Positions 39,488-52,948 of a stretch of 64,000 bases of DNA are shown in pieces. The DNA lies in NCBI RefSeq assembly GCF_006345805.1, contig NC_043006.1, forward strand, positions 11,842,001 through 11,906,000, written 5' to 3'. Position numbers and translations under genes: made by a program. A model generated the notes under the pieces. The model made no database searches, was not told where the DNA came from, and was given only the letters and a program-made list of their open reading frames with translations. This DNA is from Octopus sinensis. Lineage: Eukaryota. Within the stretch, counting starts at the first letter, position 1; each line of letters begins with the position of its first letter.

Positions 39488-39723
39488 GGAAAGGCGGCGA
39501 GTTTGCAGAAAGCTTAGCACGCCGGGCGAAATGCGTAGCTGTATTTCGTCTGCCGTTACGTTCTGAGTTCAAATACCGCCGAGGTCGACTTTGCCTTTCA
39601 TCCTTTCGGGGTCGATAAATTAAGTACCAGTTACGCACTGGGGTCGATGTAATCGACTTAATCCGTTTGTCTGTGCTTGTTCGTCTTCTCTGTGTTTAGC
39701 CCCTTGTGGGTAATAAAGAAAAT
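39488..39723 (+). mobile_element. SINE group B with 16-bp TSD
   Basis: TSD ATATGCTAATATGGAT at 39472-39487 and 39724-39739. Confidence 0.9.
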
Positions 39724-41254
39724 ATATGCTAATATGGATTATTCCAATGTCTTTTAAATTTACGAAGACACAATCAGGAAAATCTGAATATGTTCATTAA
39801 TAACAGGTGTAATTATGATATAAACAAGGAAAAAGAGAGTAACATCTCAATGTCTATAAATGATTTTTTCGGACAATAAAATAAATTTTGTTGTATGAAT
39901 AAAATAAGTTTGGTTAGATTAAAACCATTAAACTTTGAAATAGCACTTGTATAATTGTTTAACTGTACTAGAGATAAACACAACTGAAAGCCCTTCCAAT
40001 TTAACATAAATGATACATACTATAATTGCTCGGAAGCTATTCTTCCAGCTGGGGTAAACCATGCAAAATCTATTACAACCATTAAATAGTAGCGAGCATT
40101 GACACATTACATAGAAGAAAATCTATTATTTTCGTAACAATTTCTTTAGGACAGAGAATAAAAATTGTGTTTCAGTGGAACTGAGTAAGGCTATCAAGAG
40201 CATGTGCTAAAGTAAACGATCTCAATCGATGTCATAATTTAAGCGTGTAACAAAATAAATTTGTTATATTTTGGAAGATTTTATCGAGATGAGTATGCGT
40301 TATTACTAAGTATTTTTAACGCGAAAAACACTAAACAACAAATCTTTAAAACACCTTTAAAATTTAAATTTATGTATAACTGCTGAAAATCATTTGAAAT
40401 TCGTCAATTTTACGCATATAGTTTCGAAACTAAATAACTCACTATATACATCTTGGAAGAATCTCATAAATTTTCAAGTATTCTAATAGTATTAACAATT
40501 TAGTTAGAATTTAGGCAGCCTCGCTTATATTTTGACACAAGTTTTTAATGAGAAATGAAATTATAACATCGAATCCCTCATTTAGAAGTTGGTATGTTGA
40601 AAAGATAATATTTAACAACTATACAACATGAACATCCATCACACATAGAATAACATACATATTGATATAACCTACTGTACTTTTCGTTGCATATGCGACC
40701 TTTATAATCATATGTTTCTATAAAATTTACCGAAATATATTCATCCTCATTATCAACTTAACTAATAACAAAACAATTTCGCTTTCACCCTTATATGAGC
40801 ACTGGTTAACGATTCTTCTACATTTAAATCCATCTTTAACAACAAAAATGTTCTAACTATCGAGCTATATTAACAAAAATTGTCCACTTCAAGAAACCTA
40901 TTAGGCCAGTTGTATGCAGAAGGGAGGCTGGTATGTATGGGGGGCTGCCGGTAATCCACAAACACAATCACCCGGACTTGTGCCGTGGAGGGGAACTTTC
41001 TAGGTACATAAGACCCCCTTAAACGCATAAACCTGCTTTGTGGGTTTGTACTCATCACCCATTGTTGTCTTTACATTGCCATAACTAAGCCCTTAAGCAA
41101 AAACACTAAACTTTGAAAAGTATGCAGTGGGGTGATTTTTTTCGGCTAAACCACAATGGAGGTATCCTAGTATTGTCACTGTCCAATCGTTGAAACAAAG
41201 AAAATGTATAAGATAAAAGAAAACTTATATACATAACGGATGTTAAGATAAATA

Positions 41255-41510
41255 AATAGATCGCTGAAAAAGAAAACACTTGCGCCGAACTATTGAGAAC
41301 TCCACAGATATTCTATCCGGATCACAAGTTCAGATTTAGGCCTGTAATAATTGGGGCACTGGGATATGGAACAAACTGACTAGGTACCAATCTTGATTAA
41401 TGAAGCTTCTCAAAACCAGAAAGGAGAAAGCTGATTTGAAAATTAGAGATCCAAGCAAACACTGGAACTATAAACATTTGTGAAACGTTCCAGAAATTTA
41501 TCATTTAAGT
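41255..41510 (+). mobile_element. Restriction-like-endonuclease LINE C-terminal fragment (distinct family)
   Basis: IAEKENTCAELLRTPQIFYPDHKFRFRPVIIGALGY contains the EK...L...P.IIGALG motif. Confidence 0.6.
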
Positions 41511-41578
41511 ATATATGCGTATGTCTAGATATGCATGATAAAACATGCATAATAAAATAAAATCTGCACATATACTGC

Positions 41579-41627
<49 letters not shown>

Positions 41628-41724
41628 ATATAATATATATATATATAGTTTAATTCTACAGGGAAACAAAAGAAGAGAGTTGTATAAACAACAAGCAGGT
41701 GTATTAGTTTGACGCTCGGGATGT

Positions 41725-41760
41725 CTTTTACGTTTCGAGCCTACGCTTTTCAACAGAAAG
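41725..41760 (-). ncRNA. Minimal hammerhead-like motif (U6 variant, extra A)
   Basis: CTTT-CTGTTGA-A-AAGC-gtag-GCTC-GAA-ACGT-A-AAAG; perfect 4-bp helix I and palindromic ACGT. Confidence 0.55.
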
Positions 41761-41934
41761 GAACACGAGGAAATAAACAGAGAAAGAATAAAAAGAGACC
41801 AAATATATAAATATATATATTCAAGTATGCAACAAATACCCTATTGATGTTGGTGAAATTCCAATGAAGGAGCCTTAGATGCAGATTAGAAACCGGCTCT
41901 TTTTCTATTGGAAAGAAATGACATACGTACATAC

Positions 41935-41945
41935 ATACATGTTTA

Positions 41946-41991
<46 letters not shown>

Positions 41992-42008
41992 ATATTATAT
42001 ATATATAT

Positions 42009-42071
<63 letters not shown>

Positions 42072-42083
42072 TATATATATATA

Positions 42084-42126
<43 letters not shown>

Positions 42127-42179
42127 TATATATATGTATATATGTGTGCGTATGTATATATATATATGTATATATAAAT

Positions 42180-42222
<43 letters not shown>
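41935..42222. repeat. (TA)n array
   Basis: Direct reading. Confidence 0.95.
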
Positions 42223-42223
<1 letters not shown>

Positions 42224-42225
<2 letters not shown>

Positions 42226-42416
42226 TTTTAACAGCGAAAAAACAGAGTACAAGACAACTACACAAGGAAAAATCCCCTTCATCAGCTGTCTATAGTTCAA
42301 CTCCAGCGTGTTTCGAAGGTGAGGACAGAACCTTCGAAACACTCTGGATTTGAACTAGGGACAGCTGATGAAGGGGATTTTTCCTTGTGTAGTTGTCTTT
42401 TTTCGTTGTTAAAAAA
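42224..42416. repeat. ~190-bp palindrome with a 9-nt loop
   Basis: 40-bp perfect arms 42251-42290/42360-42399; pairing continues with few mismatches to the loop 42321-42329. Confidence 0.95.
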
Positions 42417-42581
42417 TTGGTCCGTTCCATGCTGTTTTTACATTTTCGTTTCTCGTTGAGTTCTACGTCTATTTGTGGTGTCCTGTACTCACGTATATAT
42501 ATTCATATATGCATGTATATATACATGTAGATGTAGGTACGTACATATATGTTTGTATGTATGCATATATTTTATTTATTA

Positions 42582-42618
<37 letters not shown>

Positions 42619-43479
42619 TAAGAGTGCTAAAAATGCCATCAGCACGCTATATGTGTATGTGTGTGTGTTTAGATATAGTGTTACATAGATATAAATTTAA
42701 CTATAGGAATATGCTTTTAATTTTTTCATAGGATCTCTTTTACGAAGAATATGTGGTATCTATAGATCCGCTATTTTATATCCGTATAGCAATTCGTCAA
42801 TCTTTATATATCTCAGTTTTTATAAAATTCCTTTTAAGCAAATCCTGTAAAAACCAGCAATTCTCTTATACATTTCTCGCATATGCATCATTATTTTGCT
42901 ATTTTTCATTATTAATACTCTACAATTTTTCACCACTGAGGTTTACGTATATATCATTGGACAAGAATTCATATTTTAATAGGAGATTTTATCCATGCAG
43001 CAATTTGTAAGGTTTCAGATAGTAAATTCTATGTAGTTATTATAATTTTTTAGTTCTTTACGTGAATATGTTTCGTGCCATACTGATTGTAATACTGGTT
43101 TTATAGTTTAACAGTCATGTAACAAATTGCTCTCTTTTAAAAATATATTTTATATTGGTCTAAGTTCTGTAATGTACGTATATTAGGATTGGCTTGCGTG
43201 TGTGGTTAAGCGATTCTTTTCACAATTACGTAGCATGTGGTGTCGGATTTGGTCTTGAGCTCGGCACTATTAGTTTAGACTTAGCGCCCGCGTCCCATTC
43301 ATCACGACAAAAATATAGCACCTCGCTTCATTGCTATTTAAAGGAGAACTGGAAGAGGTATTTTGATGATATTATTTCATAATAAGGTATTCTAATGAAA
43401 CATTGTAAAGTGACCACATAATCCATTCGTCTGTCTTTTTATTATTTATATTATGACACGTTGAACATTCCACTCTATT

Positions 43480-44490
43480 TTGGGTAATCTTTGATTTGTA
43501 GATAGATTACCAAACAGTATTCCGGATGAAAGAATTAAGTCCTACTGTAGTGGTCTTCCAGGATAATTCTAGTTGGATGAGACTACTACCCTCTTTTTAG
43601 GGAACGTAGATTCTATGGATATTAGTTTTTCGATGATATATCAAGTTTACTCTCATTACATTTCTCATTTTGGTGTCCATTCGTTGGAAGTTCATTTATA
43701 TTCCAGTTCTTTATATTATAGATGCACCGTACCACTGAGACAGTAAGTGAATTAATATCTTGAATCCTATTCTGGGATTTCGGTTCTGTTTTATAATCAG
43801 TTTTGTTCTGATACAATATTCTTTCCTGATCTATTCCTTCGTGACATTGTGTTGGATCTCTTTCCCTTCATTCATTTGTAAATGTTTGAATGACTCACCT
43901 TAATCCCATTCTTTGCTAATCGTGTTATCATTTAGAGTAATGAACGATGTGCAGATGAGCTTTCCTCTTTTAAATGTTGTTTTGGAGGAATTATCGATGC
44001 CAATATTGTCACTAACCCATTCCACAGTTGTCAGTAATCCCTCCAGTTCATTATTACTTTTTGCATATAACTTGAGGTCATCCATATAAAAGAGGTGTAA
44101 GATGGTTCTATCTAATATTTTGCATCCATATTGTGTAATCTTCAATTCATGTGACAGAAATATGAGAGCTGAGCGGAAAGTAATGAGTGCAAGGAATCAT
44201 CTTGGAATAGGCCTTGCTTCATCTTAATAGTGGCAGATGTGTTTATGCTTTTATTATGATTGTGATACAATTTTGTGTACAACATCCCCATACTCTAGCG
44301 AAGAAAATCTTATAATTGGTGATATTTTGTACAAGTCTCAAGCTTTAGCAATCCATGTGTGAGGCTCACTATCGAATGCTTTCCGGTAATTTATCCAAGC
44401 TGTCCTAAGTTTACGGGTTTAGAGAATTTTTCAAGTATCTTTCAGTCAATCAGAAGTTGATCTTTGCAGCCATAGGGATTTCTGTAGCAG
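43480..44490 (-). mobile_element. Decayed R4/Dong-like LINE reverse transcriptase fragment
   Basis: HLFYMDDLKLYAKSNNELEGLL (YMDD box), QDDSLH (QGDSLS-like), INSLTVSVV and HRIYVP..EGSSLIQLE; multiple stops and frameshifts. Confidence 0.8.
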
Positions 44491-44577
44491 ACCTTTCGAT
44501 CTAAAGGCAAAATGTCGTATTGTTCAAGAAACTTATATGTGTGCTCCGTAAGAGTTGATATCAATATATTGTGTTAA

Positions 44578-44800
44578 TGTAGCGAGCTAGCAGGATCGTT
44601 ATTGCGCCGGACCATAATGCTTAGCGGCATTTCGTCCATTTTTACGTTCTGAGCACAAATTCCGTCGAGGCCAACTTTACGTTACAACCTTTTGATGTTG
44701 ACACATTAGTTGAGCACTGGGGTCGATGTAATCGACTTACAATCTCCCCTAAAAATTGCTGGCCTTGTGCCAAAATTTGTAACCAGTATTTTGTAAGTGG
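44578..44800 (+). mobile_element. SINE group B (alternative tail), diverged
   Basis: Head GCGAGCTAGCAGGATCGTT; core CACTGGGGTCGATGTAATCGAC. Confidence 0.75.
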
Positions 44801-45350
44801 TAGTAACATGCGTAATAGGCCTGTAATTCGTCGGGTGTTTAGTTTCATCATTTTTAGGTAGCTCATAGGTTAACCCTTGGATCAGCCAAGATGGCGTACT
44901 TTTCGGGTTTTTAAAGTCAGAAAATCACTCAAATAATTGCTTGTGTGACGTTAGAGCATTCAATCAAAAGTTTGGTATTATATCATACCCATTTACGAGC
45001 CTATGGTAAGGCTTCTTTCAGTAACTTGACAGTGATAACTTCCCAATTCTGTTCTTGGATATTCACCTTCCGCTGTTCAGAATTCTTATTAAATGCCTTG
45101 TTATTACTCCTCATACTTTTAGAGAACGTTTCTCCCTTGTGCATTTCAAGTTGGTCCTTAATTTGTATTGTTTGCTTCCACGTTCTCCATAAAACTTTTT
45201 GGCATCTTGTCTGTAGGGGTTACTACTTTTATCAAACCTGCAGTGTACCAGTGAAATACTTGGGTCAATGTAATCGACTAATCATCCCCACCCCAGAAAT
45301 TCGAGTCCTTGTGCCTCCACTAGAAAGGATCATTATTATCATCATCATCA

Positions 45351-45415
<65 letters not shown>

Positions 45416-46268
45416 ATTATTATTGTTATTGTAAATAGACAGAAACTATTTAACGGAAGCGAATTCAATGAGCGTTAATTCCTGTTGTTAAGTATAAGGA
45501 ATATTCGTGAGCATTATATCAATAGTGAGAATTACATTTTTATCAGAAGCTGAAGTAGATTAAAAAAAAAAAATATATATTTGAAACTATTTCCAACGAA
45601 ATCGTGCAAACAGATAACATATGTAACGCCATTGCCTGATACTAGAAATATTATTTGAGTTTTTCATGCATATCTGTTCTTGACTTCGGTCATGGTCTAT
45701 AGTATATAGTCAGGAGTATTCTATGGACTGAGACTAGTGGCTTCAAAGAAAATTAAATAGATCAAATAGGCTAACTGTTTTCAATTATAATTTTATTAAA
45801 GGACACTGTAATTGCTAGTTTTATTGATATAGACAAATTAAAATTCATGTACTTTATTGATTCCTTGTATCAAGGTTTCATATAATACAAATATACACAC
45901 TCACAGTGACATTCACAAGAACATACGTAGTTATATATATATATATTCATACGAATACACATATACGCATGCAAATACTTAAACAAAAACACACCACGCC
46001 CGCCCACACACAGACCTATATACACACAAACACATTTATACACATGGAAACTCATACACGCCGCGAACGTATACTTTTCATCTGTGCTGTAACAAATTAT
46101 GTTATATAATCCTACAGATATGGAAATATACAAATGTTAATACATGAACACACATGCTTTGTGAAAATATGCGAATATTGCATATTTATATCTACAGATA
46201 TATATTTCTGTCTATATAGTCTATATATCTATCTGCCTAATATGCACAATATACATACATATTTATAT

Positions 46269-46269
<1 letters not shown>

Positions 46270-46325
<56 letters not shown>

Positions 46326-46442
46326 CATACACATACATATATAATACATATATATACTCACATACATAATAAGCATATATATACATATATAAATATATAT
46401 ATGTACATTCATATATATATATATTAATACATACATATATAA

Positions 46443-46496
<54 letters not shown>

Positions 46497-46600
46497 AATA
46501 TATATATATAGGTATAAATATATATATATATACATATACATACACATATACTCACACATACATACACACAGATAAACACACATACTTACATATATAAATG

Positions 46601-46659
<59 letters not shown>

Positions 46660-46690
46660 CATACATACATACATACATATATATATATAT
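46270..46690. repeat. (CA)n/(TA)n array
   Basis: Direct reading. Confidence 0.95.
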
Positions 46691-47439
46691 AAGCAAATTA
46701 TTCACACAGAGAACAGAAGCACACACACATAAATGTGTAACTACATATACATATGTATGTATGTACGTGCAAGTATGTATAAAGCGTTGAACATGAATGC
46801 GTATATAATTAAGCACAGAGTATACGTCTCATCCGAGTGTATAGGTTTTTCTCTGCTTATGAATAAGTTTTGCAATTCTAACAACTATTTAAATATTCGA
46901 AAGAAATATGCACTTCAACTTCGCTTGAAGTTGCAAACTACTGTCGTGTACGACTCTATTAAATCTTTTTTTTTGTTTTGTTTTTTTTTTTTTTCATTTC
47001 GGCATGTTTTTGTTTGATGTATTTTTTATTAGATGTCAGTTAGTCTAGCAAATGTTTTTTTTTTTTCTGATTTTTTTGTTTGTAGCACAACGTTTGAGAA
47101 TTTTACTTGCACGTCTTAAATATTTGTCTGCATCGCATTTGTGTAAACTTTGTGCTGTAACATGTTAGCATATCAGACGTTTGTGAGAAAAATATTATTC
47201 GGTTAATACATTCTGATGCTTTTATTATTCAAAAAAAAAAAAAAAAAATCTAAAACATACGAATTAGCATTATATATTTCTATACAGGCAGAGGCGAGGC
47301 ATGACTATGCGGTGAAGAAATTCCCTTTGCGACTTCATGGTTCTGGGATCATTCTCACTTCCTGGAACTTTCGAACGAGCCGACCAATATCTTGTGAATG
47401 AATTTTATAGCCATAAACTAACTCTCTCTCTCTCTCACA

Positions 47440-47491
<52 letters not shown>

Positions 47492-47518
47492 ATATATATA
47501 TATAATATATATATATAT

Positions 47519-47894
47519 GTGGCTGTGGTAAGTAGCTTGGTTACCAACCACGTGGTTCCGGGTTCAGTCGCACTGCGTAGTACCTTGGGCAACTGTCTTG
47601 TACTATAGCCTCGGGCCGACCAAAGCCTTGTGAGTGGATTTGGTAGACGGAAACTGAAAGAAGCCCGTCGTATATATGAGTGTGTTTGTGTGTCTGTGTT
47701 TGTCCCCCCAACATCGCTTGACAACCGATGCTGGTGTGTTTACGTCCCCGTCACTTAGCGGTTCGGCAAAAGAGACCGATAGAATAAGTACTAGGCTTAC
47801 AAAGAATAAGTCCTGGGGTCAATTTGCTCGACTAAAGACGGTGCTCCAGCATGGTCTTTGTCAAATGACTGAAGCAAGTAAAAGAGTAAAAGAG
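47519..47894 (+). mobile_element. SINE group D (tRNA-like head, internal TA/TG microsatellite, (TAAAAGAG) end)
   Basis: Highly similar to 63017-63411. Confidence 0.85.
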
Positions 47895-48826
47895 TATATA
47901 TATATGCATACATACATACACATATATGATATCTGTGTCTATATGTTTGCTTTTGAGTTTTTTTCCTACACCGCTTGACAGAGGGTGCTGGTTCGTTTAC
48001 ATCTCTCCCTATATATACATTGTGTGATTGTGTTTGTGGTTCTCCTCTCCATCACTTGGACATACGTGCTGGTTTGTTCACCTCCTCGTAACATTAGTAC
48101 TTTGGCACAGAATTACCAATAGATTAAGGGCCAGGCTCTTCTTTTTAAAAAACGTACTGGTATCGATTTATTCGACTAAAAATTCTTCAAGGTGTTGGTT
48201 CAGCATGGCTGCTGTCTAATGACTGACATACATAAAAGATAAAAAGTTGGGCGCGTGCGTGTATGTGCATGTGTGCGTGCGCGCGTAAGTAAGTTTGTAT
48301 GTATGATTATCTATTCATCCTTATAGATGATGGTAGTCTCAACTAATTTGCATTATTCCGGTAATTTCCATTATGTCTGCGTTAAAAGAAATTCTTAAAA
48401 CTGGTAATTGATCTGCAAGGCTTGAAGCATGTGTGACAGGTAAGATTCCAAACTTCTAGAGGGTCAATACAGCTTGATCTGGCACGACAATCCTATCCCT
48501 TTTCCTGAAGTTAGGATAGGTGTGTATGTATATATAAATAAATACACACTCACACACACTCTCTCTCACACACATTCTCACACACACTCTCTCTCACACA
48601 CAATCAATTACATATATTAATATTTCGCTTTGGTATAACGATACTAATAACCTGCTGTTAAAACATAATATACATGCGTTTCAGAATAAAGGTTTAGTCG
48701 AGTACAGAGGGAAATATGAAATTAACAAAGGAAAAGGAGATTATGCAATGATCTTCATTAATTTATAAATTTTATTGTTTTAAGATGAAGAGCACTTAGA
48801 GCTGAGTTCTTGCTCATTACACCTGG

Positions 48827-48889
48827 TAGATAAAGCAGTAAGATAACGAAAACCATTGAATAATTTCGCGTTCCTTTGTCATTTGTTTA

Positions 48890-48933
<44 letters not shown>

Positions 48934-49019
48934 ATATATATGTATATATATGAAATTAAACAAATGACAAAGGAACGGGAAATTATTCAATGGTTTTCGT
49001 TAGCTTACTGCTTTATCTA
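48827..49019. repeat. Inverted duplication (74-bp arms) centred on a (TA)n spacer
   Basis: Arms 48827-48900/48946-49019 match at 72/74. Confidence 0.95.
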
Positions 49020-49254
49020 TGTATGTATGTATGTGTGTGAGAGGATTTTTAAGAATCAAGACATATCAACACGCAGGACGCCAGAAATTACTAGGTACGT
49101 TCACTTAGAACTCACAGTGAAATAAAACAATATTGACGCCTTCAGGTGTCGGAAGGATACAGTAAATACGCCAGTATCAAAACTCATTTATAACCAGAGA
49201 TCCAAGTGACCAGTGGATTCTTGTTGGGGTGCAGGTATTAAAGAGTTTACTTTT

Positions 49255-49286
<32 letters not shown>

Positions 49287-49287
<1 letters not shown>

Positions 49288-49616
49288 GGCTCAGTGGTTA
49301 GAGCGTCGAGCTTATGATCGTGAGATTGTGAGTTCGATTCCCGGACCGGGCTGCGTGCTGTGTTCTTGAGCAAGACACTTTATTTCACGTTGCTCCAGTT
49401 CACTCAGCTGTAGAAATGAGCTGCAACATCACTGGTGCCAAGCTGTATCAGCCCCATTGCCTTTCCCTTGGATAACATCAGTGGCGTGGAGAGAGGAGGC
49501 TTGTATACATGGGCGACTGCTGGCCTTCCATAAACAATCTTGCCCGGACTTGTACCTCGGAGGGTAACCTTCTAGGTGCAATCCTATTGTCATTCATGAC
49601 CGATGGGGTTACCCCC

Positions 49617-49619
<3 letters not shown>
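49287..49619 (+). mobile_element. Full-length SINE group C (CORE-like), inserted in microsatellite
   Basis: A-box TGGCTCAGTGG, B-box GAGTTCGATTCC, CORE-like TGTTCTTGAGCAAGACACTT. Confidence 0.9.
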
Positions 49620-49654
<35 letters not shown>

Positions 49655-50222
49655 GTAAAATCCAAGTGTAGGAACTTATTATGCTTCAAGCAGTCCGTGG
49701 TGGTTAGAGAAAGCAAAGAGTGGACCGTGTACTACCACGAATAACAACAGCTTATTGGCGTGGAAAGTTACAGACCTTTTTCCCATATCGAAATTATGAG
49801 GAAGTTCAGTAAACTGAAGATTTCTGTATAGTTCACGCTTAGCAACTAGTGCTGCTATGAATGCAAATAAAATTACAAATTGAGGGTCAAATCCAGGCTA
49901 CATATGTTCCGTAGCTAACAGGTCCTCTAATGAAATAATTACTAGAGGGGGTAGGGGTACTCAGCTAGTTATTCATCAGACTGAGGATACCTTAAATATA
50001 TGAAATTGACATTATCGCTTGAGAATCCCGAGTTAACATGCCGTAGATGAAAATAATTATATAAGGCAGCAAGATCACATAAATTCCAAGTTTTTGTAAA
50101 ATAAGCAACACTTAACTCGCGATCGACACATAGCTTAACGATTCCTGCAGGATGGAAAGCAAAATTTGCCTTCGTGACATTTGAACGCAAACATCTGCAA
50201 CAAAATGCTCTCAGGTAGTATC

Positions 50223-50452
50223 TATTTCTTTACTACCCACAAGAGGCTAAACACAGAGAGGACAAACATGGACAGACAAACGGATTAAGTCGATTACATC
50301 GACCCCAGTGCGCAACTGGTACTTAATTTATCGACACCGAAAGGATGAAAAGCACAGTCGAACTCGGTGGAATTTGAACTCAGAACGTAACGGCAGACGA
50401 AATAGGGCTACGCATTTCGCCCCGTGTGCTAACGTTTCTGCCAGTTCACCGA
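50223..50452 (-). mobile_element. SINE group B
   Basis: Close match to the 2157 and 35937 copies. Confidence 0.9.
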
Positions 50453-51363
50453 CTCTCAGCTAATACCACAAACTGTCTTAACGATTGAGTGAATTCGGAC
50501 GCCTTAAATCGTCACATTATCTTGAAACCGATAATATTTTAGTTATCTGAAAATATTAAGAGTAACTTGAATTGAAATAAAATGCACCAATTATACTTCG
50601 ATTCTTTACACCATAGATATTAGTGTGCAAATTCACTCTACAGCAGAGTCAATTAATGCATCTACAACAGAAAGCGAGGAAATCGTAAAATAAATATGAA
50701 AAGAATATTCTAGATGCAAGCATAGCGTCATTATCGTACTATGATGCTGCTGACGATCATAACATTCATATAGCTGTCAAAATGCTACGAAAAATATAAT
50801 AATTACAGTAAACAGGCTTAGGAGAAACATTTTCCACAAATAGCTTTCAATTAATTACGCAATTGCTTAGAGAAATCAAAAATAACTAAATAAAAATGAC
50901 ATTGTAAATCTTTGACGACTAAGTTAACGAGAGCCAAAAACGAAAACATAGCAAACATACTCTGAAATCTAGTGATGCGGCAGTAAAATTCCAATGACAG
51001 AAACGTTGTCGTGCTTTCAATCAAATATCGCTAGTCGCACACACTTGCATGAAGAAGTCTCCTCACATACTCACATGCGAACACACAAACGTATACAAGC
51101 ACATTTATTTATGTTTATAATGCTTAGAATTTTTACAGAAAGACAGAACGAAAGAGGTGATAAATTTGCAAGCAAACGTGCAGCCAGTTACAAGAACTAT
51201 AGCAACTGCTTGGCACTTAATTTAAAAACTTAACGGAAATCCAGAATGGAAGACAAATAATCAGTCCCAGCAGAATTTGAACTCAGAACAAAAGGATAAT
51301 AAATCAAACGCTGTGATACATTTTTGCATTGAATTCTATTGTCTCCACTTCATAATATAATGG

Positions 51364-52235
51364 TTTCAAATTTTTGCACCAGGCCAGCAGTTTCGGGGGA
51401 GGGGAGTAAGTCGATTACATCGACTCCAGCGCTCAAATGATACTTATTTTAATCACCCTGAAAGGTTGAAAGACAAATCGACCTCGACAGAATTTGAATT
51501 CAGAACGCCAAGACGGACAAAGCACCGCTAAGCATTTTACCCGGCGTGCTGACGATACCACAGGCTCGCCGCCTTCACTTCATAGTATAATGGACGGTGG
51601 CGCGCTGGCAGAAACATTAGCACGCCGGGCAAAATGCTGAGCTGTGTATCATCTGCTTTTACGTTCTGAGTTGAAATTCCGCCGAGGTCGACTTTGCCAT
51701 TTAACCTTTCGGGGTCGATAAATTAAGTACCTGTTGCGCACTGTGGTCGATCTAATCGACGTAATCCCTTGTTTGTCCCCTGCATGTTTAGCCCCCTGTG
51801 GGCAATAAAGAAATAAGAAACGTTAGCACGCCGGGCAAAAACTTAGCGGTATTTCGTCTGTCTACGTTGTGAATTGAAATTCCGTCGAGGTCGACTTTAC
51901 CTTTTATCCTTTCGGGGTCGATAAGATAAGTACCTGTTGCGCACTGGGGTCGATCTTGCAATCGATATTCTTTGTCCCCTGCATGTCCCCTGCTTGTTTG
52001 TCCCCTGCATGTTTAGCCCCCTGTGGGCAATAAAGAAATAAGAAACGTTAGCACGCCGGGCAAAAACTTAGCGGTATTTCGCCTGTCTACGTTGTGAATT
52101 GAAATTCCGTCGAGGTCGACTTTGCCTTTCATCCTTTCGGAGTGGTAAAATTAAGTACCAGTTGTATACTGGAGTCGATCTAATCGACTGGATCCCTCCC
52201 CCACAGATATCGGTGCTTGTACGTAGAGTAGGAAA
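51364..52235. mobile_element. SINE group B cluster: one reverse copy (51364-51575) and three forward tandem copies (51594-52235)
   Basis: TSD CACTTCATA(A/G)TATAATGG at 51346-51363/51576-51593; AGTATAATGG repeated at 52236-52245. Confidence 0.85.
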
Positions 52236-52547
52236 AGTATAATGGAAGCACTACTGTATATAGTTTAATATTTGTGCAATGGCCAATTCCTTTGATCTTT
52301 TCAGATCTAAATGCAAAATCGAGTTTAATGAAATGGTGAGTCTTTTTCGAAGAATTTGAACTCAGAGGAATTTAAAAGAGTACCAAGATCAATGTTTTAA
52401 CTTATGTTTTGTGAGTTGTCGAGGAATTATTATAAAGGAGATCATGAAAATAAAGGAAATAATGAAAAACCAGCCAGTTGCCCTTCGCAGACATTAAGAG
52501 TTTGTAGTATGTGCCATGGAGTCATTAAATGTTTTATATACTTATAT

Positions 52548-52660
52548 ATATATTTCTTTATTGCCCACAAGGGGGTAAACATAGAGGGGACAAACAAGGA
52601 CAGGCAAAGGAATTAAGTCGATGACGGCGTGCTAACGTTTCTGCCAGCTCGCCGTCTTTT
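52548..52660 (-). mobile_element. SINE group B with central deletion
   Basis: Tail joined directly to head (AAGTCGATG/ACGGCGTGCTAACG). Confidence 0.75.
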
Positions 52661-52774
52661 ACGTTTTATATACTTTTATATCTAGTCGCGAGTAGATCTA
52701 AACACCATCTAGATTCTTTCACCATTTGATCCAGTGGAACACGTAAGACGTCACGGTGGAAGGAAAGAGAAAGG

Positions 52775-52824
<50 letters not shown>

Positions 52825-52825
52825 A

Positions 52826-52905
<80 letters not shown>

Positions 52906-52913
52906 GGAGAGAT

Positions 52914-52948
<35 letters not shown>

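Noticed and set aside
44985-45030. Minus-strand CTGAAAGA-AGCCT...AGGCT-CGTAAA
   Set aside because: Good helix II, but insertions in both core boxes and no helix I; at most a dead relic.
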